A stretch of DNA of 64,000 nucleotides. Origin: Macrostomum lignano. Its lineage: Eukaryota. This document shows positions 35,590-50,979 of this stretch, piece by piece. The notes beneath the pieces were generated by a model. That model saw only the letters and a list, made by a program, of their open reading frames with translations. It was not told the DNA's origin and did not search any database. How positions within the stretch are numbered: position 1 is the first letter of the stretch; the number at the start of each line of letters is the position of its first letter. The stretch spans positions 797,362 to 861,361 of the forward strand of contig NIVC01000035.1 in assembly GCA_002269645.1 (NCBI GenBank), written 5' to 3'. The translations under genes were made by a program, and so were the position numbers.

Positions 35590-35945
35590 CCCATTAAGAA
35601 AATCCCTAAACGAGGGAAGCCCATCAGGGGAATCCCTAAACGAGGGAAGCCCATCAGGGGAATCCCTAAACGAGGGAAGCCCATCAGGGGAATCCCTAAA
35701 CGAGGGAAGCCCATCAGGGGAATCCCTAAACGAGGGAAGCCCATCAGGGGAATCCCTAAACGAGGGAAGCCCATCAGGGGAATCTCTAAACGAGGGAAGC
35801 CCATCAGGGGAATCCCTAAACGAGGGAAGCCCATCAGGGGAATCCCTAAACGAGGGAAGCCCATCAGGGGAATCCCTAAACGAGGGAAGCCCATCAGGGG
35901 AATCCCTAAACGAGGGAAGCCCATCAGGGGAATCCCTAAATGAGG
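35590..35945. repeat. 30-bp tandem repeat GGGAATCCCTAAACGAGGGAAGCCCATCAG
   Basis: About 12 copies. Confidence 0.95.
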
Positions 35946-36329
35946 AAACCTCATAAGGGGGATTCTAGTGATGAGACCCACCAGGGTGAGTACTTAATGC
36001 AGAATTTGCATGTAAAAAACAAGAAAACTTACGAATCCCCAGAAACGAAACCCTGGGTGTTCCAAAGTGGAAGAATCCCAGGGAGGTAAGAAGTCCCAGG
36101 AATTTAAACTGTGAAAACTAGAGCATTCAAGTTATTTAGAAAATTATAGAAATTCCAAAATGTAAAAATCCCAGGAAAATTCCAACTTGGAAAACCCCGG
36201 GGAATTTCCAACTGGATAAATACGAAAGATTTCGCAACTGTGGAAAACGCCCACAACAAAAAAAACAAACGGAGAACCTCCCTAGTGATTTCCTTATCTG
36301 AGAAACCCTAAGACCGGGAAATCCAACAG

Positions 36330-37160
36330 GGAATACCTAGGAATTTCCCAGATAAGGGAAATCCAAACCAGGAATTCCCAGGGATTTACCTAATCTGGAA
36401 AATCAAAACAGGGAATCCTACAAGGATTTCCCTAATCTGGGAAATCCAAACAGGGAACCCTACAAGGATTTCCCTAATCTGGGAAATCCAAACAGGGAAT
36501 CCTACAAGAATTTCTCTAATCTGGGAAATCCAAACAGGGAATCCTACAAGGATTTCCCTAATCTGGGAAATCCAAACAGGGAATCCTACAAGGATTTCCC
36601 TAATCTGGGAAATCCAAACAGGGAATACCTAGGAATTTCCCAGATAAGGGAAATCCAAACCAGGAATTCCCAGGGATTTACCTAATCTGGAAAATCCAAA
36701 CAGGGAATCCTACAAGGATTTCCCTAATCTGGGAAATCCAAACAGGGAATCCTACAAGAATTTCTCTAATCTGGGAAATCCAAACAGGGAATCCTACAAG
36801 GATTTCCCTAATCTGGGAAATCCAAACAGGGAATCCTACAAGGATTTCCCTAATCTGGGAAATCCAAACAGGGAATACCTAGGAATTTCCCAGATAAGGG
36901 AAATCCAAACCAGGAATTCCCAGGGATTTACCTAATCTGGAAAATCAAAACAGGGAATCCTACAAGGATTTCCCTAATCTGGGAAATCCAAACAGGGAAT
37001 CCTACAAGGATTTCCCTAATCTGGGAAATCCAAACAGGGAATCCTACAAGGATTTCCCTAATCTGGGAAATCCAAACAGGGAATCCTACAAGGATTTCCC
37101 TAATCTGGGAAATCCAAACAGCGAATCCTACAAGGATTTCCATAATCTGGAAAATCCAAA
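36330..37160. repeat. 42-bp tandem repeat with internal hairpin GGATTTCCC-TAATCT-GGGAAATCC
   Basis: About 19 copies with a higher-order pattern. Confidence 0.92.
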
Positions 37161-37197
37161 CATTTCAAGGCCAGAAAATCCAAAAAAGTTGACCCAC

Positions 37198-37842
37198 CTT
37201 TCGAATCCGGTTCCGCTTGTCAACGCAGACGTCGTCGTGATAGGCGCAGTCGAGCGGCATCTCACTGGGATGCGGCAGGCTGTGCAGCTGGCCCGGCTGG
37301 GACCCGGCAATGCCGGCAGTTCCGGATCGCCTCCGGTAGCGGCTTTGATCTCCGGCGGCGGCGGCGGCAGAGGACGAGCCGCCAGCCTCCGACGGTCCGG
37401 TCGAGTTGGACGACACAGCCAAGCTCTTCAGCCGGTTCACGAGGCCCAGCGGACTGCGCGACCGCTTCTTCGAGCTTTGAACAGCTGCGCCAACAAACTC
37501 TTCACCCTGACGAATTGTTGCCAGATTGCCGTCGACGCTGCTGTCGAGTTTGTCGCCGTTTGCCGCAGTCGAGGACGAGTCGTTCTCTTCCCCGCTGGCT
37601 TTCCTGTTCTTCCCGCCGGCCGGCCTAGCGATGGACTGGGCGCACTCGGACTTGGCTCGCGGCCGGAAATTGTCGAAAAACTGCTTCACTGTCGAGCGTC
37701 GATTCGAAGCCGAGGAGCCGCTCGACGAAGCCGCGCCGGCGGTTGCCGGGGCAACGATGCGGACTCGGCCTTGGTCCGAGTTGCGCCGTGGCCGATCGGG
37801 CACCTGAGACTGGCCGCCTTCAGCTCCGGGCGCGTTGGTCGT
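37198..37842 (-). CDS. PRKAG: Probable AMPK gamma long-isoform N-terminal exon
   Basis: Acceptor TTTTCCCTCCCTGACAG, donor AAG|GTGGGT, 645 nt, phase 0/0. FFDNFRPRAKSE resembles, from memory, the D-x-F-R-P-R-x-K-S motif of invertebrate SNF4A-gamma long isoforms. Confidence 0.7.
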
Positions 37843-37944
37843 CTGTCAGGGAGGGAAAAAGCCGCAGCTATATGTGCCTGATTACATAGAGGTATAAACA
37901 GCAGGAAAATGAGTATAATATTCGCAGGAGGGCTGCGGGCACCA

Positions 37945-38310
37945 TGGCTTATTTCTGAGATGTCAAGGCTCACCGGGGGAATTTCTGAGATGTCAAGGCT
38001 CACCGGGGGGATTTCTGAGATGTCAAGGCTCACCGGGGGAATTTCTGAGATGTCAAGGCTCACCGGGGGAATTTCTGAGATGTCAAGGCTCACCGGGGGA
38101 ATTTCTGAGATGTCAAGGCTCACCGGGGGAATTTCTGAGATGTCAAGGCTCACCGGGGGAATTTCTGGGATGTCAAGGCTCACCGGGGGAATTTCTGAGA
38201 TGTCAAGGCTCACCGGGGGAATTTCTGGGATGTCAAGGCTCACCGGGGGAATTTCTGAGATGTCAAGGCTCACGGAGGGTATTACTGAGATGTCAAGGCT
38301 CACGGGGGGG
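37945..38310. repeat. 30-bp tandem repeat ATTTCTGAGATGTCAAGGCTCACCGGGGGA
   Basis: About 12 copies; a decayed relative lies at about 19950-20290. Confidence 0.95.
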
Positions 38311-38989
38311 TATTACACAAGCCCCAAATGATCTAGCACATCTAGCACATGATCTAGCACATTTTCTTTTACGATGTACAGTAATAAAATAAAAAGAATT
38401 GCAAAATGCGGAAATCATTTAAAAAAAACAGATGCATGACTAATATATACGTATATAGCCAAGATTTTAAACATAACTAGCTATCCATAAATTGGTTCCA
38501 AGGTCATAAATTTGGGCCCTGACTGAACTGGTTGGAAAATTAATCCAGTTACCAAATACAACTACTGTAACTACTGACTATAACTATAAGGCTGCTTGAT
38601 TCAATACGCATATGAGATTAGCCAAATATTTGCATTGCATCTGGTGCTATAGTCAGTCAACATTAAGTCCTCAATAAAATGCTCAACTGAGCGTCAATCT
38701 AGAATGTATGTTGAGAACCAATTCAAAAATGCTAGTTCAGAAAAGTGCAAATATACAAAAACAACTTAAGGAGGCCTGTGAGGCTCTCCGGCTGTTTAGC
38801 AGTTTATTTGAAATATACGCTTGAATTGAGACTTATATTGCCGTGCTGCTGTTCTATATTTAGGATATTTTGCATGGGTGTGGTACCGCAAAGTTGAGAA
38901 AGAGGGTACAATGTATGATGATACTATTAGCGAAGAAAACAGATCGATAAATGAGATGGGTAAATGAGCTGAAGGATTAACTAGTAACT

Positions 38990-41185
<2,196 letters not shown>

Positions 41186-41794
41186 AGTTTGAAGAAGACA
41201 AGGTACGCTCGTAGGTTGTCAGAAGCACTAGACTGAAAAGGAGTCAGGCATTAGTCAAGCGCGAGTATTCAACGCCAAACTCAAACTTGCTTGGGGGATC
41301 GCGGCTGAAATATATAAGATAGGGCAGCTTCATAGCGCATCTCCAACGGACACTACCCAGCATACGACAGAGCGCATGGGCAAACACGTGACTCTCTGTA
41401 CTCTGCACTTTGTACATCGGCTACTAATAGCGTTTAATTCGCTCGCACCAGATAGACAAGCACCGCTCCTGGCAAGCCAAATAATATAGTCAGTATTAAG
41501 TAGCACAAATTTACTATTACGTATGGGCCGCTCAAAAGCCAAAGAAGCAACGAAGCGAAGAAAAAGGAAAAAAAGTGGGAAACGCGCAGTTAAACATTGT
41601 TTGCCTGCTAGCAAATTTGAAGAGAGTAGAGAAATCTCTCAGACACAGAAATTACACAATAAGCATTTTCCATTGCTTTCTGCTATGCTTTGTTGACTGG
41701 GGCCAAACAGTAAAGAAAACCAGTCACTTGGCTTATAGAATACATTGCAGGTTGTAAGTGCACAAGAACTTTTCGAGAGTAGAAGGGAGAGTAG

Positions 41795-43212
41795 GAAGAG
41801 TAGGGAGAGCGGAAATGAGAGAGGGGAGAGCGGAATGGAGAGAGGGGAGAGCGGAAATGAGAGAGGGGAGAGCGGAAAGGAGAGAGGGGAGAGCGGAAAG
41901 GAGAGAGGAGAGCGGAATGGAGAGAGGGGAGAGCGGAAAGGAGAGAGGGGAGAGCGGAAGGGAGAGAGGGGAGAGCGGAAAAGAGAGAGGGGAGAGCGGA
42001 ATGGAGAGAGGGGAGAGCGGAAAGGAGAGAGGGGAGAGCGGAAAGGAGAGAGGGGAGAGCGGAAAGGAGAGAGGGGAGAGCGGAAGGGAGAGAGGGGAGA
42101 GCGGAAATGAGAGAGGGGAGAGCGGAAAAGAGAGAGGGGAGAGCGGAATGGAGAGAGGGGAGAGCGGAATGGAGAGAGGAGAGCGGAAAGGAGAGAGGGG
42201 AGAGCGGAATGGAGAGAGGGGAGAGCGGAAAGGAGAGAGGCGAGAGTGGAAAGGAGAGAGGGGAGAGCGGAAAGGAGAGAGGAGAGCGGAATGGAGAGAG
42301 GGGAGAGCGGAAAGGAGAGAGGGGAGAGCGGAAGGGAGAGAGGGGAGAGCGGAAAAGAGAGAGGGGAGAGCGGAATGGAGAGAGGGAAGAGCGGAAAGGA
42401 GAGAGGGGAGAGCGGAAAGGAGAGAGGGGAGAGCGGAAATGAGAGAGGGGAGAGCGGAATGGAGAGAGGGAAGAGCGGAAAGGAGAGAGGGGAGAGCGGA
42501 AAGGAGAGAGGGGAGAGCGGAAGGGAGAGAGGGGAGAGCGGAAAGGAGAGAGGGGAGAGCGGAAAGGAGAGAGGGGAGAGCGGAAAGGAGAGAGGGGAGA
42601 GCGGAAAGGAGAGAGGGGAGAGCGGAAAGGAGAGAGGGGAGAGCGGAATGGAGAGAGGAGAGCGGAAAGGAGAGAGGGGAGAGTGGAAAGGAGAGCGGGG
42701 AGAGCGGAAATGAGAGAGGGGAGAGCGGAATGGAGCGAGAAGAGAGCGGAAAGGAGAGCGGGGAGAGCGGAAATGAGAGAGGGGAGAGCGGAATGGAGCG
42801 AGAAGAGAGCGGAAAGGAGAGAGGGGAGAGCGGAATGGAGAGAGGGGAGAGCGGAAGGGAGAGAGGGGAGAGCGGAAAGGAGAGAGAGGAGAGCGGAATG
42901 GAGAGAGGGGAGAGCGGAAAGGAGAGAGGCGAGAGCGGAATGGAAGTTAGGGGGGAAAGCGGAAAGGAGAGAGGGAAGAGCGGAAAGGAGAGAGGGAAGA
43001 GCGGAAAGGAGAGAGGGAAGAGCGGAAAGGAGAGAGAGGAGAGCGGAAAGGAGAGAGGGAAGAGCGGAAAAGAGAGAGGGGAGAGCGGAAAGGAGAGAGG
43101 GGAGAGCGGAAAGGAGAGAGGGAGAGCGGAAGGGAGAGAGGGGAGAGCGGAAAGGAGAGAGGGGAGAGCGGAAAAGAGAGAGGAGAGCGGAAAGGAGAGA
43201 GGGGAGAGCGGA
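41795..43212. repeat. 21-bp purine minisatellite GGAGAGAGGGGAGAGCGGAAA
   Basis: About 68 copies. Confidence 0.95.
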
Positions 43213-43584
43213 AATTATTTCCGAATTTTCTCTTTTCAAGATTTTTATACTAAATAACAAACAAACATACAAACAACACGTCATTTTTGTCTATCGAGAA
43301 GTTGAAATAACATTGCCCGAGACCTACTGTTTTTCTGTGCTCCACGAATAGAAAATTTGTGATAAAATTCAGTAAGTCATTATTCTGTGGCTTAATCGTA
43401 GCCGGTTGAGAAAATGTCACATTCTACTGCGAAATTGCTGTTTTTAGTCTGTCTGGTTTTTCTACGTCTGACATTCAAAAGGTCTGGCCTGAATCTCTCT
43501 CATCATTTCACGTTAATCCCTATGTATAAAGTTAATCACACAGTTGAACTCACTTTGTGCCTGTCACATGTGACTCGCTGATTC

Positions 43585-43810
43585 AATCACTCACTAACTC
43601 AATCACTCATGAACTTATCAACTCACTCATTCAACCACTCACTCACTAATTCACTCACTCGCTCACTCATTTATTCATTAACTCAATCCCTCATTCACTC
43701 ACTCATTCACTCATTCACTAAATCACTTATTCATTCACTCACTCACTCACTTACTCACTCATTCATGCACTTATCAAGTCATTAACAAATTCACCCACCC
43801 ATTCACTCGA
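43585..43810. repeat. Degenerate (CACT/CATT)n microsatellite
   Basis: Directly visible. Confidence 0.85.
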
Positions 43811-44336
43811 GACTACAGGCATAATTTATCATATCCAATATGAACAAAACAGTTTCAACCAGTTTCAAATATCGGCAAAGGTAATTCACGTGACTAGCCA
43901 GTGAGCATATCAAGGAGGACAATTCACTAGTCATTGGTCAGTTCTTTCTTCAAGGCCGCTGCCGCTGGCTCCTGCCTGCATTCCCACACCCTTCCTGTCG
44001 CCCTTTGGGGGTACCATGGGATTCCGGCAGCGGATTTCTTTAAAGACAGCGCCACTGCGCAAAGCACTTTTTCGTCTACGTTTTCCTCTTGCAATGCCCG
44101 GATCCCTGGAGTTGCTATGGGGAAATTCTATTTATACTCGCACATACACAACATTTAGGCTTCTTTATTTCTCCCCCTGCCCTGGTCCCAGGGTCCGACC
44201 CTATGCACTTTGGGATCGCTCTGCAGTAAAAGTATAGTTGCTAACCCATGTAGCCTGCCCACTTGGGTCCCACCCACGTATTTGGGGAGTGGGACCGAAA
44301 ACAAATAAAATTAGATGGGGTATTTGAAACTTTTCC

Positions 44337-44352
44337 AGACAGACAGGCAGGC

Positions 44353-44405
<53 letters not shown>

Positions 44406-44420
44406 CTAAGACAGACACTA

Positions 44421-44469
<49 letters not shown>

Positions 44470-44470
44470 C

Positions 44471-44509
<39 letters not shown>

Positions 44510-44512
44510 CTA

Positions 44513-44581
<69 letters not shown>

Positions 44582-44582
44582 C

Positions 44583-44653
<71 letters not shown>

Positions 44654-44666
44654 CTAAGACAGACAC

Positions 44667-44697
<31 letters not shown>

Positions 44698-44740
44698 CAC
44701 AGACAGACAGGCAGACAGACAGGCAGACAGACAGGCAGGC

Positions 44741-44801
<61 letters not shown>

Positions 44802-45165
44802 CTAAGACACACACAGACACTAAGACACACACAGACACTAAGACAGACAGGACAGTATCTATGGGTAGGTATAGGTAGGAAGGTAGGTAGGTAGATAGGT
44901 AGGTAGGTAGGTAGGTAGGTAGGTAGGTAGGTAGGTAGGTAGGTAGGTAGGTAGGTAGGTAGGTAGGTAGGTAGGTAGGTAGGTAGGTAGGTAGGTAGGT
45001 AGGTAGGTAGGTAGGTAGGTAGGTAGGTAGGTAGGTAGGTAGGTAGGTAGGTAGGTAGGTAGGTAGGTAGGTAGGTAGGTAGGTAGGTAGGTAGGTAGGT
45101 AGGTAGGTAGGTAGGTAGGTAGGTAGGTAGGTAGGTAGGTAGGTAGGTAGGTAGGTAGGTAGTTA
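44337..45165. repeat. Compound (GACA)n then (GGTA)n microsatellite
   Basis: Directly visible; contains GACACTAAGACA interruptions. Confidence 0.97.
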
Positions 45166-45727
45166 GGTAGGCTAATAGAAAAATGTTGCAAGATAGATAG
45201 AACACACACACACGTGTACTGAATAGACGCATAGATTGTTCCGCTTCATTCCATTAGCATCAGATACGATAGCACAGGAGCTGCAGCAGGCAGTAAGGAT
45301 TCGAGTTAGGGAAAACACCTAGAAGTGAAGCCCTCCAATCGATGTTAAAAGCTTTGCGGCAGACACTGACCCCGGTAGTTCAACGAATCAAAAAACATCA
45401 TTTTGTAATTAGATGTTGTTTAGCTGCAGCTGGGCCGCCTATGGGTGTACTTTTAACACATAAAAAACAAGTCATAAACAAGGCTGCTTTGTTAAAATCT
45501 GTCGATATACTGAATTTTTCACCTGTTAATTACCTGCGTGCATTGCAAAATTAATCTTCCTGTGCCACTGCCGATGGTTAAGATCTGCGCAGATTTATAA
45601 TATTATATGGCTCAGCAAAAGACTAAACACTCATCTAAGAAATTGCTAATTTTACATAGAAGTTTAATTTAGGGTTTGAATGTTCTGAAAAGCCTACTAG
45701 TAGCGGTAGGTACGAAATAGCAGAATA

Positions 45728-46575
45728 TTTTGTTTATCTCACCCTATCCCGTCAGTTTATCTCACCCTATCCCGTGAGTTTATCTCACCCTATCCTGTGT
45801 GTTTATCTCACCCTATCCTGTGTGTTTATCTCACCCTATCCCGTGAGTTTATCTCACCCTATCCCGTGAGTTTATCTCACCCTATCCTGTGTGTTTATCT
45901 CACCCTATCCTGTGTGTTTATCTCACCCTATCCCGTGAGTTTATCTCACCCTATCCTGTGTGTTTATCTCACCCTATCCCGTGAGTTTATCTCACCCTAT
46001 CCTGTGTGTTTATCTCACCCTATCCCGTGAGTTTATCTCACCCTATCCCGTGTGTTTATCTCACCCTATCCCGTGAGTTTATCTCACCCTATCCCGTGAG
46101 TTTATCTCACCCTATCCTGTGTGTTTATCTCACCCTATCCCGTGAGTTTATCTCACCCTATCCCGTGAGTTTATCTCACCCTATCCCGTGTGTTTATCTC
46201 ACCCTATCCGTGAGTTTATCTCACCCTATCCCGTGAGTTTATCTCACCCTATCCTGTGTGTTTATCTCACCCTATCCCGTGAGTTTATCTCACCCTATCC
46301 CGTGAGTTTATCTCACCCTATCCTGTGTGTTTATCTCACCCTATCCCGTGAGTTTATCTCACCCTATCCCGTGAGTTTATCTCACCCTAGCCGTGTTTTT
46401 ATCTCACCCTATTTCCTGTGTTTATCTCACCCTATCTCATGTGTTTATCTCATCCTATCTCATGCGTTTATCTCACCCTATCTCATGTGTTTATCTCACC
46501 CTATCGCGTATGTTTATCTCATCCTATCCCGTGTGTTTATTCAACCATATCCTGCGTATTTATCTCACCCTATCC
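45728..46575. repeat. 23-bp tandem repeat TTTATCTCACCCTATCCCGTGAG
   Basis: About 37 copies, decaying at the 3' end. Confidence 0.95.
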
Positions 46576-46879
46576 CTACGCCCGATATGTATCGAAAAAA
46601 TATATTATTAAAAAGGATGAATACGCAAAGATGGATGCAAGTACGAAAGGAATGATAACTAAACACCAACAGGAACAGGGAAATAGAGAGAAAGAATGGT
46701 GAGTAGACACTAGATAAACAGAGGGATAGAAAATGTAGGCAAAAGAAGGGAGAAGGTAAAGGTAGACAAGGAGAGGAGGAGAGGGGGGAGAGAGGGAAGA
46801 GTCCTTAAACTCCAAAGCACTTTCGCGGTAACGCAGATGTTTTGATCTATATAGGTTGTCTGTTGAGAGATGAGATGAG

Positions 46880-47520
46880 AGGTAGCCAAAGAGAGTGGAT
46901 GAGAGAGGAGAGAGGTAGACAAATAGAGTGGAATGAGAGAGGAGAGAGGTAGACAAATAGAGTGGAATGAGAGAGGAGAGAGGTAGACAAATAGAGTGGA
47001 ATGAGAGAGGAGAGAGGTAGACAAATAGAGTGGATGAGAGAGGAGAGAGGTAGACAAATAGAGTGGATGAGAGAGGAGAGAGGTAGACAAATAGAATCGA
47101 TGAGAGAGAAAAGAGTTAGACAAATAGAGTGGATGGGAGAGGAGAGGTAGACAAATAGAATCGATGAGAGAAGAGAGGTAGCCAAATAGAGTGGATGAGA
47201 GAGGAGAGGTAGCCAAATAGAGTGGATGAGAGAGGAGAGAGGTAGCCAAATAGAGTGGATGAGAGAGGAGAGAGGTAGACAAATAGAGTGGATGAGAGAG
47301 GAGAGAGGTAGACAAATAGAGTGGATGAGAGAGGAGAGAGGTAGACAAATAGAGTGGATGAGAGAGGAGAGAGGTAGCCAAATAGAGTGGATGAGAGAGA
47401 AGAGAGGTAGCCAAATAGAGTGGATGAGAGAGGAGAGAGGTAGCCAAATAGAGTGGATGAGAGAGGAGAGAGGTAGCCAAAGAGACAGGGCAGAGGTAGA
47501 CAAGGAGAGGAAGGCAGAGT
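46880..47520. repeat. About 33-bp purine-rich tandem repeat GAGAGGTAGACAAATAGAGTGGATGAGAGAGGA
   Basis: About 19 copies. Confidence 0.93.
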
Positions 47521-48009
47521 GAAGGCAAGTAGAAATTTAGCCCTTAGCCCTACAAAAATAGATCTAAAAGGCCTAAAAATATCTGCTAGCAGAGAACACA
47601 CTCGTACAGTCAAAAGATGCCCAGTGCTGGCAAAAACACCCCTTTGATTGATGACGAATTAGGGATGCTGACGGACCCACCTGCTAATTTGTTTCTCTGA
47701 CTCAAGGCGGGCTACAGCTAAGCTGAGCTGAGATCCCTTAGAATATTTTTGAGCAACAAAGATTGATGAGTTATTTTTAGATACCATTAAGTCCGGCTAA
47801 TGCCGTTCGCTAAGTGGATCCAGGATTGGACCAGAACTCTCGGGTCTGTTCTATTTTTAGTTAGTAAAAGATATAATTATTTCCCCAAGGACTATAGCTC
47901 CTCTCCAATGTTGGTCGGCCCCATGGGAATATTTCAACAAAACAAGAAAGTGGAATATAGTTGCTTCCTTGCGCGGGCAATACAAAAATATTGATTTGTT
48001 TATTGACAG

Positions 48010-48740
48010 TAATCTATCAATATGACTCTTTATCTATCCATCTCGACGTCGGATCAATCAATCTCAATATCTACTCAATAAATCTCAATCCTCAATTTAT
48101 CAATCTCTCTAATCTACCAGTATTAATCACAATCTGTACTATATCAATCTCACTCTTTAACCTTATCGAGCTTCGATTGGTGGCAGCGAACTTCCTTTCG
48201 TAATATATCTATCTCACTCTCTACTCTATCAATCTCAATCTCCGCTTTAATAATCTCACTCTCTAATCTATCAATCTCACTCTCTAATCTATCAATCTCA
48301 GTCTCTAATCTATCAATCTCACTCTCTAGTCTATCAATCTCAGTCTCTAATCTATAAATCTCACTCTCTAGTCCATCAATCTCACTCTCTAATCTTACCA
48401 GTCCCACTCTCTAGTCTATCAATCTCTCTAATCTATCAGTCTCACTCTCTAGACTATCAATCTCACTCTCTAATCTATCAGTCCCACTCTCTAGTTTATC
48501 AAACTCACTGTCTAATCTATATATCTCACTCTCCACTTTATCAATCTATCTCTATCTCTACTTCAATTATCTCACTTTCTAATCTATCAATATCAGTCTC
48601 CATTTTACCAATATCACTCTCTACTCCATGGATCTCAATCTTTACGCTATGAATTCCTACTCTACGAATAATTTATCAAACTCACTATCTACTCAATCAA
48701 TCTGAATATCTAATGTATCAGTCTCACTCAAGCGTATTGA
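48010..48740 (-). repeat. Degenerate 21-bp repeat translating to (IDRLESE)n heptads on the minus strand
   Basis: ORF 48150..48407 plus frameshifted flanks. Confidence 0.8.
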
Positions 48741-49254
48741 TATTGCAATCTGTGCAGTAAAAAGCAGCCCCCGTGACGCGCGAGCCAAATCTAGATAAAC
48801 ATTAAACACACACACACATGCTGTGGGATTATTTTTAGACCAAAGGATAGACTCTACACTTCGGGATCCTATATAGTCCATCATCTTTACTGAGCTCATC
48901 TATAACAGGAGAACCACTACGAGAAGTTTAAATTAATAAATCAGAACAAGCCAAAGAAAATATTGTTTAGACAGGGCGATATGTGAAGAGCGACAGAGGT
49001 TGAGGGCAACATGTCTGCTCACGCTGTCTCAGAGAACAGACAAGAAAAACAACACGTTTCATTTAATGCTAGCTTCTATTAAACATGAAGCATTGAATGC
49101 AGAGGCTGGAATGTGTGTTAGACTAGAATTTGATCGTTAAGTTCCTGGAGATAAAACAAAAATTTAACTCTTACAACCCAGAGGGGGGGTTCAGAAGATC
49201 GAAATTTCACAACGCCGAAAATTCTGCATGATCCTTGTTGTATGAAGATTTCTA

Positions 49255-49998
49255 CGATGTGAAATTTCGGTCTTATGAAATTTCGGTCTTATGAAGTTTC
49301 GGTCTTATAAGGTTTCGGTCTTGTGAAATTTCGGTCTTATGAAGTTTCTGTCTTATGAAGTTTCTGTCCTATGAAGTTTCTGTCTTATGAAGTTTCTGTC
49401 TTATGAAGTTTCGGTCTTATGAAGTTTCTGTCTAATGAAGCTTCTGTCTTATGAAGTTTCTGTCTTATGAAGTTTCGGTCTTATGAAGTTTCTGTCTAAT
49501 GAAGCTTCTGTCTTATGAAGTTTCTGTCTAATGAAGCTTCTGTCTTATGAAGTTTCGGTCTTATGAAGTTTCGGTCTTATGAAGTTTCGGTCTTATGAAG
49601 TTTCGGTCTTATGAAGTTTCGGTCTTATGAAGTTTCGGTCTTATGAAGTTTCGGTCTTATGAAGTTTCGGTCTTATGAAGTTTCGGTCTTATGAAGTCTC
49701 GGTCTTATGAAGTTTCGGTCTTATGAAGTCTCGGTCTTATGAAGTCTCGGTCTTATGAAGTCTCGGTCTTATGAAGTTTCGGTCTTATGAAGTCTCGGTC
49801 TTATGAAGTTTCGGTCTTATGAAGTTTCGGTCTTATGAAGCTTCTGTCTTATGAAGTCTCGTTCTTATGAAGCTTCTGTCTTTTGAAGTTTCGGTCTTAT
49901 GAAGCTTCTGTCTTATGAAGTCTCGGTCTTATGAAGCTTCTGTCTTATGAAGTCTCGGTCTTATAAAGTTTCGGTCTTATAAAGTTTCGGTCTTATGA
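49255..49998. repeat. 16-bp tandem repeat TCTTATGAAGTTTCGG
   Basis: About 46 copies. Confidence 0.95.
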
Positions 49999-50479
49999 AA
50001 GCGACCCCCTTGAGATGGTAAAGACTGAAAACTGACTATTTCAGTTTATCGGTAATTATAGCTACTGTCTTCTGTCACAAACTGTTTGGTTGTCAACTAG
50101 AGTTTTACAAAATTTAAACCAAACATTTTTGTAAAACATAAAAGGCAGTCAGTATATTTAAAAAGCCTTAAGCCCCTACCCCCGAAGGTTAGCACAAAAG
50201 TACAAACGGAATTTCGTGAAAGAGGAAGGAAGAAAATATCCTGCGGGAAGGCACGTGACACAAAAGTCTAGCTTTGAAACGTATATAAATCTTCTGCTAT
50301 CCCATAGATCCCATAGAACGGCTTAATATGTACTTTTATTTTTCCCCAGCTTAAAAGCCTTTCACAACAGAGTCCCTGCATACCTATCTCTATTTCCTAA
50401 AAAGCCTAAATGGCAAATAAGTTTCACGGAAGAATGTTCGAAAGAGAAAACAAACTATCCCAAAATCCCAATCCAAGTA

Positions 50480-50705
50480 CATCTGAAGGCTGCGTACGGC
50501 TGTTCAGTCCAAGGACTGGGGGGTCGCCACACACACCCTCAATTACCCCAGCTAATGCTGGCAACCATTTTACAGCTGGGTGAACTGAAGCAATGCAGAG
50601 TTAAGTGTCTTGCTCAAGGACACAAATGGTTCCAGTGGGATCTGGAATCGAACCCCCGACCTTCAAGTCGTGAGTCCGACGCTCTAACCACTGGGTTACA
50701 GCCCC
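50480..50705 (-). mobile_element. tRNA-derived CORE-type SINE
   Basis: tRNA-Met-like head with A box TAACCCAGTGG and B box GGTTCGATTCC, then TGTGTCCTTGAGCAAGACACTTAAC...CAGCTGTAAAATGG, which aligns by eye to the MIR/CORE consensus. Confidence 0.85.
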
Positions 50706-50979
50706 ATCTCTGCTAAACAACCATCTTACCCTGAAACAGCGGTATCACTGCACTGAGTATTGCTAAATTCTGCTTGAGGAATGTCCTGTAAGACTGCTTT
50801 AACTGACTTTGAAGCAAGTTACCATATGGTACATTCCGTATTTTGAATAATAAAAAATGTCAACTCTAACTCAACTATGCACGATCAAGTTTTATTGATT
50901 TATTCCTTAGGGAGTATTTCAGACTGCAAAAGCCACAGCTAAATGTCCATTTAACAATCGAACTTCAACTAACCAACGC

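Noticed and set aside
44201-45232. TDRQ / SVCL / LPTY ORFs (also at 55555-56718 and 60763-61325)
   Set aside because: Tetranucleotide microsatellite artefacts.
50630-50705. Functional tRNA gene
   Set aside because: The acceptor stem does not close and the sequence continues into a CORE domain, so it is a SINE head. The same applies to 28190-28259 and 62842-62910.
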